NCBI GenBank assembly: GCA_044226625.1
Contig: JBGAGQ010000007.1
Coordinates: 64,001-128,000, forward strand
DNA: 64,000 nt
Reading direction: 5' to 3'
Source of the DNA: Thermoanaerobaculia bacterium
GTDB taxonomy: Bacteria; Acidobacteriota; Thermoanaerobaculia; Multivoradales; UBA5704
A program made the translations under genes and the position numbers. The first letter of the stretch is position 1; each line of letters opens with the position of its first letter. The notes beneath the pieces were generated by a model. It saw nothing but the letters and a program-made list of their open reading frames with translations, searched no databases and was not told where the DNA came from. Positions 58,814-64,000 of the stretch are shown here, one piece after another.

Positions 58814-59647
58814 ATGACCGAAACGACCGAAGTTTCGCCCCTTCCCGCTCCCCGAGGGCTCGGCGCCTGCCACGAGCTGTTGACCGATCCGCTCGCCCCG
58901 GTTCGCCGCGCGGTCGCCGGGCGTCCAACCTCGGATGTGGCTCTCGCCCTCTGCGGCTTCCTGGGCTTCGCGGCGTACGGCGCCGCGGCAGGCCTGTTCC
59001 AAGGGGGAGCCCAGGTGGCGATCGCCGCCTGGAAAGCGCCGGCGATCGCCGCGCTCACGACCCTGCTCTGCGTTCCGAGCCTTTATGTGTTCGGGGCGCT
59101 CGGCGGCGCGCGCTGGACGGTCCCGGCGTTCCGCGCGACCGTCTTCGGGCTCCTCGGCACGCTCGGCATGCTTCTCGGGGGCCTGCTGCCGATCGCCTGG
59201 CTGTTCTCCTCGTCCAGCCGCTACCTGGGCACGGTGGTCTGGATCCACGTCCTGCTCTGGATCGTCGCCCTGGGACTCGCCTTCCGCTTCCTGACCGGCG
59301 CGTTCCGAGAGTTGGGAGCCCGCGGCGGCTCGTTCCTCTGGATCCTCCTCTTCACCCTCGTGTCCTTCCAGTCGGCCACCCTCCTGCGGCCGATCCTCTG
59401 GCGCCCGGCCGGGGCTCCGGTCTTGCGTCTGGACGAGAAGAAGAGCTTTTTCGAGAACCTCGGCGATGCGTTCCGAGTCAAACCTCTCGAAACCCAACCT
59501 ACCCGGTCCGAAGCGATCGAGCCCCGATCCGTCGGATCCAAGCCGACCCCGGTTCGGACTCCGGTACCTGGCCGGGGGCTAGGCGACCCGCCTCATCCGC
59601 CAGCAACTACGGAACCATCCCCCGAGCACACCGCGCCTCAGCGCTGA
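58814..59647 (+). CDS. Five-TM membrane protein (Yip1-like hypothetical), paralog 2
   Basis: RBS AGGAG; AAYGAAAG, AWKAP, LCVPSLY, LLPIAWLF, LLRPIL; Pro-rich tail. Confidence 0.75.
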   Translation: MTETTEVSPLPAPRGLGACHELLTDPLAPVRRAVAGRPTSDVALALCGFLGFAAYGAAAGLFQGGAQVAIAAWKAPAIAALTTLLCVPSLYVFGALGGARWTVPAFRATVFGLLGTLGMLLGGLLPIAWLFSSSSRYLGTVVWIHVLLWIVALGLAFRFLTGAFRELGARGGSFLWILLFTLVSFQSATLLRPILWRPAGAPVLRLDEKKSFFENLGDAFRVKPLETQPTRSEAIEPRSVGSKPTPVRTPVPGRGLGDPPHPPATTEPSPEHTAPQR

Positions 59648-59660
59648 CAGCGGGCCCGCT

Positions 59661-60095
59661 TCAGCCGCCGTGCGCCTTGATCGGCTTGCCGAGCATCCGG
59701 CGCACCGAATCGAGCACGTCGACGTCCTTCTCCCGCTCGACCCGACCTTCGACGATCTTGAGCCGGCTGTCGAGATTTCGGTAGTACGGCTCGATCCAAC
59801 CTTTCACCTGATCGAAAACCAGGGTCGCCTCGCTCTGGAACCTCTCGACGCGGTCATAGAGGCTCACCGAGCCTTCGGCGATCAAGTGGACGTCGCTCCT
59901 CAGCCCCTCGATCAGGACGTTCGTGTGGCGAATCGCGGTCTCCAATCCTTCGAGGCGGCTTTCCACCGTTTCGAAACGTTGGTCGATCCGTTCGAAGCGT
60001 TGGTCGACCTGTTCGAAACGTTGGTCGATCCGCTCGAACCGTTGGTCGATCCGTTCGAAGCGGGCGTCGAGGTAGGCGATCAGTTCGGTGTCCAT
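59661..60095 (-). CDS. Small coiled-coil heptad-repeat protein
   Basis: (RFERIDQ)n heptads followed by VLIEGLRSDVHLIAEG. Confidence 0.75.
   Translation of the reverse strand: MDTELIAYLDARFERIDQRFERIDQRFEQVDQRFERIDQRFETVESRLEGLETAIRHTNVLIEGLRSDVHLIAEGSVSLYDRVERFQSEATLVFDQVKGWIEPYYRNLDSRLKIVEGRVEREKDVDVLDSVRRMLGKPIKAHGG
59971..60062. repeat. Coding 21-bp tandem repeat (about 4.4 units)
   Basis: tcgaaacgttggtcgatccgt-like units. Confidence 0.9.
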
Positions 60096-60254
60096 ACAGG
60101 TCTCCGGAGAGGCTTCCGATCCTACCCTCCTTCTCGAGCGGAGATCCAGTCGCCGAGGGTCCGGTGGCGTCCCGTCTTGAGATGGGCAAACCGCCGGCAG
60201 CCCTCAACACGGCGGCGGCGAAGGGCCGGTCGCCCTCCCCTCCGGAACGCCGTT

Positions 60255-61505
60255 TCAACCCGCGACGGCGGGCGCCCGGAGCGCAGCCAAGATCTCCACC
60301 ACGTCCAGCTCCGGCACGAACATCCGGGGCACCAAACGGGCGAGATGGTCTTCGACCAGAGGCAAGCCCCCGGGGAGATCGGGAAGCGTCTCCCGCGCCT
60401 CGGCGCTCGCGGCGTAACGGAAGTAGAGGCTCCCGGCAGGGGTACGCTCTCGAAGCAGGCGGTCGACCAAGCCGCCGGTCGCGGGGTTGACGCGGCCGAC
60501 CACGCCCTCGACGAAGACGACCGCTACCGGCCCATCGCGAGCGAAGCGCTCGGCCTCCCGTCCCACCTCGTCGGCGAGGTGGCGGGCCGCGAGCGGGTAC
60601 TTCGGCGCGAAGGGTCGCTCGACCGGGCCGGCGAGCTGGCGATCGATCCGGAGGCGGAGCTCTTCGAAACTCCAGCGCTCGGTCCCCTCGAAAGAGAGCA
60701 GGTCGAAGCGGTCGCGGGCGCCCACGCGGACTTTGCCGTGCTCCGAACGAACGCTGGTCGGCGAGTTGAAGTACACCCGGCCCGAGAGAGGATCGACGAC
60801 CGGCGGAAAGAAGCCGAACAGACGCCCCTCGAGCTCGCGCCCACCCTGCGCTTTTCGGGCGTCGAATTCCTCCTCGACGAGGGCGGCAAAGTGCGGATCG
60901 GTGAGCCATCGGGTCGGCTCCGCCGCCACCCGGGAGAGGACCTCGATCGAGGCGATCGCACCAACCGATCGGGCGAGCGCTCGCCGCGCGACGGCCTCTT
61001 CGAATGCGAGGACCGGCTTTTCACGATGGTCATCGAGCAGATCGCGCCATTCGTCGAGCCGCCGTATATCGATCGCGGGGTGGGCCGCGGATTGCGCCGC
61101 TTCGACCGCCGACCCGTTCGTCTCCCCCACGACGCTGGCGAAGGCGGCAAAGAACAGCTCGGCGGCGACCGGGCAACCGGCTTTCCCATCGTCCGCCTCG
61201 AAGGCGTAGGGGATCCAGCGCTCGCGCAGCTCGGCGATCGCCTCGCGACGCGCGGCGCGCCGATCGGGAGCGAGGCGAATCGAGCGCCGGATGGCGGCGA
61301 GCTCGTCGTCGGACCGGTGATAGAGGACGCTGTACTCTTCGATCGACTGGCCCGCGTCGATCACGAGCCGCACATGCGATTCGACGCCGGCACCCGCGAG
61401 CCGCTCGGCGAGGTATCCCGCCTGGGTTAGGTTGAGACAGGCGTCCTCGCGCAGATGGACCGACTGGCCACGAGCCTCGACGACCACGAGGGCGCGAGGG
61501 GTCAC
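60255..61505 (-). CDS. Hypothetical protein, possible remote class I aminoacyl-tRNA-synthetase-like (HUP) fold
   Basis: GTGA overlap with the dioxygenase gene. Motif order is loosely reminiscent of class I LysRS (see findings); the fold call is speculative. Confidence 0.6.
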   Translation of the reverse strand: MTPRALVVVEARGQSVHLREDACLNLTQAGYLAERLAGAGVESHVRLVIDAGQSIEEYSVLYHRSDDELAAIRRSIRLAPDRRAARREAIAELRERWIPYAFEADDGKAGCPVAAELFFAAFASVVGETNGSAVEAAQSAAHPAIDIRRLDEWRDLLDDHREKPVLAFEEAVARRALARSVGAIASIEVLSRVAAEPTRWLTDPHFAALVEEEFDARKAQGGRELEGRLFGFFPPVVDPLSGRVYFNSPTSVRSEHGKVRVGARDRFDLLSFEGTERWSFEELRLRIDRQLAGPVERPFAPKYPLAARHLADEVGREAERFARDGPVAVVFVEGVVGRVNPATGGLVDRLLRERTPAGSLYFRYAASAEARETLPDLPGGLPLVEDHLARLVPRMFVPELDVVEILAALRAPAVAG

Positions 61506-62098
61506 GAGCCTCGAGTCCGCTCCGGATCGAGCTCCGGAGCCGCGACGATCCGCATCCAGCGCTCGCCCTCGATCTCGACCTCTCCCTCACGCCGAAAGTA
61601 GCTACACGGGCGCCCCGCCTGTTCATCGTAATAGGGGGAGAACAGGTCGACGAAAGCGGTGTCTTCGAGCGCCCGGAGGTGATGGAGGTTGCCGTCGTTC
61701 GGCGAGAGAACGTCGCACGGATCGTCCGGACCGACGCACCGCGCCGGCTTCGATCGGGCGAGGCCCGGGCGATCCGGCACCCAGTCGTATGAGGAGATCT
61801 CCAGGCGCCCGACCAGCACGCGCAGCAGCACCGTCATCTCCGGGTGGTCGTGGAGCGGCAGCTCGGCTCCTCGCGGAACGAGGAAAAGGCACGCGTAGAG
61901 GTCGGGGCGGTGAAACAGAACCTCTTCGGTCCAGGAGCGGCTCCGGTCGAGCGTCGAGAAATCGATTCCGAGGTCGGCCGCCACGAGCCCCCGGAGCTGG
62001 GCGGCCAGAGCGCCGAGGTGCGGTCCCTCGGTCGCCTTGCCGGCCCGGGCAAACTCTTCCGCCGCGCGATCGGCCAGCCGGGACAGCTTCGCGTGCAT
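61502..62098 (-). CDS. PCO/ADO-family thiol dioxygenase (cupin)
   Basis: LPLHDHPEMTVLLRVLVGRLEISSYDW, GNLH, AFVDLFSPYY, GRPCSYF match plant cysteine oxidase / ADO signatures. Confidence 0.85.
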   Translation of the reverse strand: MHAKLSRLADRAAEEFARAGKATEGPHLGALAAQLRGLVAADLGIDFSTLDRSRSWTEEVLFHRPDLYACLFLVPRGAELPLHDHPEMTVLLRVLVGRLEISSYDWVPDRPGLARSKPARCVGPDDPCDVLSPNDGNLHHLRALEDTAFVDLFSPYYDEQAGRPCSYFRREGEVEIEGERWMRIVAAPELDPERTRGS

Positions 62099-62158
62099 GG
62101 GGGATAGAATATCTCTGAATCCTGTCAGGACCCGAGAAAAGCACGCCTTCTTCACGCC

Positions 62159-63373
62159 ATGGACGTTCTCGTGCTCCTACCCGACGCCTTCGATCGGGCG
62201 TCGTTCTCCGCCGTACCGGGCCACCGCTACCGTTTCGTCGAGACCGAGATCGACCACTGGCGGCCGACCGGATTCGATCCGCTCGCCTATCTGGAACGTG
62301 CCCGAAACGCAGCCCGCCAGGGGCCGGTCGACGCGGTCGTTTCGACACACGATCTCGGCGACTACCTGGCGGCGCTCCTGGCGCGCGAGCTCGGCCTGCC
62401 GGGCCCTTCCCCGGAGTCCGTCTTTGTCGCCCTTCACAAGTACTACGAGCGGCAGGCCGAGCGGCGCGCCGGGTTCCCCTCGGTCCGATGTGAGGCGCTC
62501 GACCTCGACGACCCCACGCCCCGCGCGTTCGGCTATCCGTGCTTCTTGAAAGCACCGTTCTTGAAGCTCGGCTTGCTCGGTTATCGGCTCGACGGTCCGG
62601 ACGACCTCGCCCGCGCCTGGGCGATCGCGCGCCGCGAGCTCCCCGCCTGGTGCCGCCAGTACCTGCCCCTCTTCGAGGCGACCGTCGACCTCGACCGCTA
62701 TCCCCTCGCGGCACGTCCGGTCATGCTCCTGGAAGAGTGGCGGAACGGTCCGCAGGTGACCGTCGAGGGATGGATGCGCGACGGGCGCTTCCATCTCTGG
62801 GCGATCACCGACACGAACGTCTTCCCCGGCTCGCGCGCGATCGACAACTTCTCCCTCCCCTCGCGCTTGCCCGCCGACGCCCAAGCGGCCCTCGCGGAGG
62901 CCGCGGAACGCGCCGTCCGGGCGATCGGATTCGACGGCGGCTTCGCGAACGTGGAGCTCTGGTGGCTCGACGGCGAGGCGATCCCGATCGAGGTGAACGC
63001 CCGCTCGGCGGCGAGCTTCTCGATCCTGTACGAGCACTGCCTCAAGGCCTCGCACTGGCAGGCGATCGTCGAGGTCGCGGGGGGTGGAGCCCCCGCGAAC
63101 CTTCCGGCACCCGACGGCACGGTCGGCGGCCAGTTCAACCTGATCACCTTCGCCGAGGGACGTTGGGGCGAGCTGCTCGATTTCGACGCGGCGCGCGAGA
63201 TCCCCGGCCTCTCGATCGACCGCAGCCCGCAAGACCTCGCCCGGCCGTTGAGCGAGTTCGGCGTCGTCCTCGCCCAGGTCGAGCTGTTCGGCCGGAGCTA
63301 CGAAGAGATTCACGCCGAGGCGACGCGCATCCGGCGCCGGCTCTTGAAGCGGCCGGAGGCGTCGCCGGGGTAA
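62159..63373 (+). CDS. ATP-grasp domain protein (amino acid ligase-like)
   Basis: LGLPGPSPESV, HKYYER, YPCFLKAP, LLEEWRNGPQVTVEG, FSLPS, NVELW, IEVNAR. Confidence 0.88.
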   Translation: MDVLVLLPDAFDRASFSAVPGHRYRFVETEIDHWRPTGFDPLAYLERARNAARQGPVDAVVSTHDLGDYLAALLARELGLPGPSPESVFVALHKYYERQAERRAGFPSVRCEALDLDDPTPRAFGYPCFLKAPFLKLGLLGYRLDGPDDLARAWAIARRELPAWCRQYLPLFEATVDLDRYPLAARPVMLLEEWRNGPQVTVEGWMRDGRFHLWAITDTNVFPGSRAIDNFSLPSRLPADAQAALAEAAERAVRAIGFDGGFANVELWWLDGEAIPIEVNARSAASFSILYEHCLKASHWQAIVEVAGGGAPANLPAPDGTVGGQFNLITFAEGRWGELLDFDAAREIPGLSIDRSPQDLARPLSEFGVVLAQVELFGRSYEEIHAEATRIRRRLLKRPEASPG

Positions 63374-63629
63374 GCGCGAGAGGGTTCGGCCTCGCTTTCC
63401 GCCATCCTCGAAGAACACCCATTCGAGGGAGCCGCCATGCTCGGACGCAATCCGTCTTCCTGGAGCAACCCCCAACCCAGGTTGCGCCCCTTCTCGAGCT
63501 GAACGGACCTGGAGCCCCCCTGCGTCCTCGTCCGGAGTGGAACCCCCTCGTAACACATTTCCTCGAATTCGGAATCTCCCCTTCCCAGAGGCCCCTGGAT
63601 CCAGGGATTTTCTCAAAGGAGGTTCCCCG

Positions 63630-64000
63630 ATGCGCCGACGTTTCCCGGTGGCTCTCGCCGCCTTGATCTCATTCGCCCTGGCTTGGGCCGCGTCGCCTCT
63701 CCGAGCGGGAATCTGTTCCCTCGACGAGGTCCCGGCGGCGACGCTCCTGCTTCCCTATTTCGAGGTCGATCTCGTCGACTCGAACGGCCCGAACACGTTG
63801 ATCTCGGTCAACAATGCGGCCAGCGCTGGGGTGGTCGCTCACGTCGTCCTCTGGACGGACATGAGCGTGCCGACGCTCGATTTCGACGTCTATCTCACGG
63901 GCTACGACTCCGAGACGATCGATCTGCGGGACATCTTCATCAACCGCAAGTTCCCGCGGACGGCTCCGGCCGGCCAGGATCCGAACGACACGATCAGCCC
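63630..64000 (+). CDS. Secreted protein, N-terminal part (runs off the window end)
   Basis: Not in the ORF track. RBS AAAGGAGG, then MRRRFPVALAALISFALAWAASPLRA-GICSLDEVPAATLLLPYFEVD...AHVVLWTD...DFDVYLTGYD; open to the window end. Confidence 0.85.
   Translation, partial: MRRRFPVALAALISFALAWAASPLRAGICSLDEVPAATLLLPYFEVDLVDSNGPNTLISVNNAASAGVVAHVVLWTDMSVPTLDFDVYLTGYDSETIDLRDIFINRKFPRTAPAGQDPNDTIS

Noticed and set aside
59971-60062. Tandem 21-bp repeats as a CRISPR array
   Set aside because: The repeats are contiguous without unique spacers, lie in frame within a CDS, and no cas genes are present.
63380-63620. Recurring CCTCG/CCTGG words between the ATP-grasp gene and the last gene
   Set aside because: Spacing is irregular (15-20 bp) and such words are common in this composition; not distinguishable from chance by eye.

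Overview
High-GC bacterial chromosomal window. It is most consistent with Acidobacteriota, class Thermoanaerobaculia; this is inferred from lineage-typical secreted proteins and cannot be confirmed here. Housekeeping runs (surE-pcm-acyP-apt, mtnP, def, cysS, lspA-rluD, ftsY-ribD-ribE, valS-birA-coaX) are interleaved with accessory islets. The islets include: a PDZ-TPR-CHAT protease gene followed by a Ser/Thr kinase; a coupled UDG-superfamily glycosylase + amidohydrolase pair; a CHAT-NB-ARC-TPR (NLR-like) gene with a decayed higBA; a romR-like gene upstream of valS; and glycosylation genes interrupted by an islet (NlpC/P60-like protein, GNAT, vapBC, a cryptic 21-bp-periodic tract, a frameshifted nuclease-NB-ARC gene). 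There is also a complete porin-cytochrome module (decaheme MtrA/MtoA, MtrB/MtoB, monoheme cytochrome, NapC/NirT tetraheme, no MtrC in the window). Near the end is a three-gene unit: a plant-cysteine-oxidase/ADO-type thiol dioxygenase, an unknown protein with a possible class I aaRS-like fold, and a divergent ATP-grasp enzyme. No rRNA, tRNA, CRISPR array, integrase or transposase was recognised. All calls come from reading motifs by eye, without database searches.
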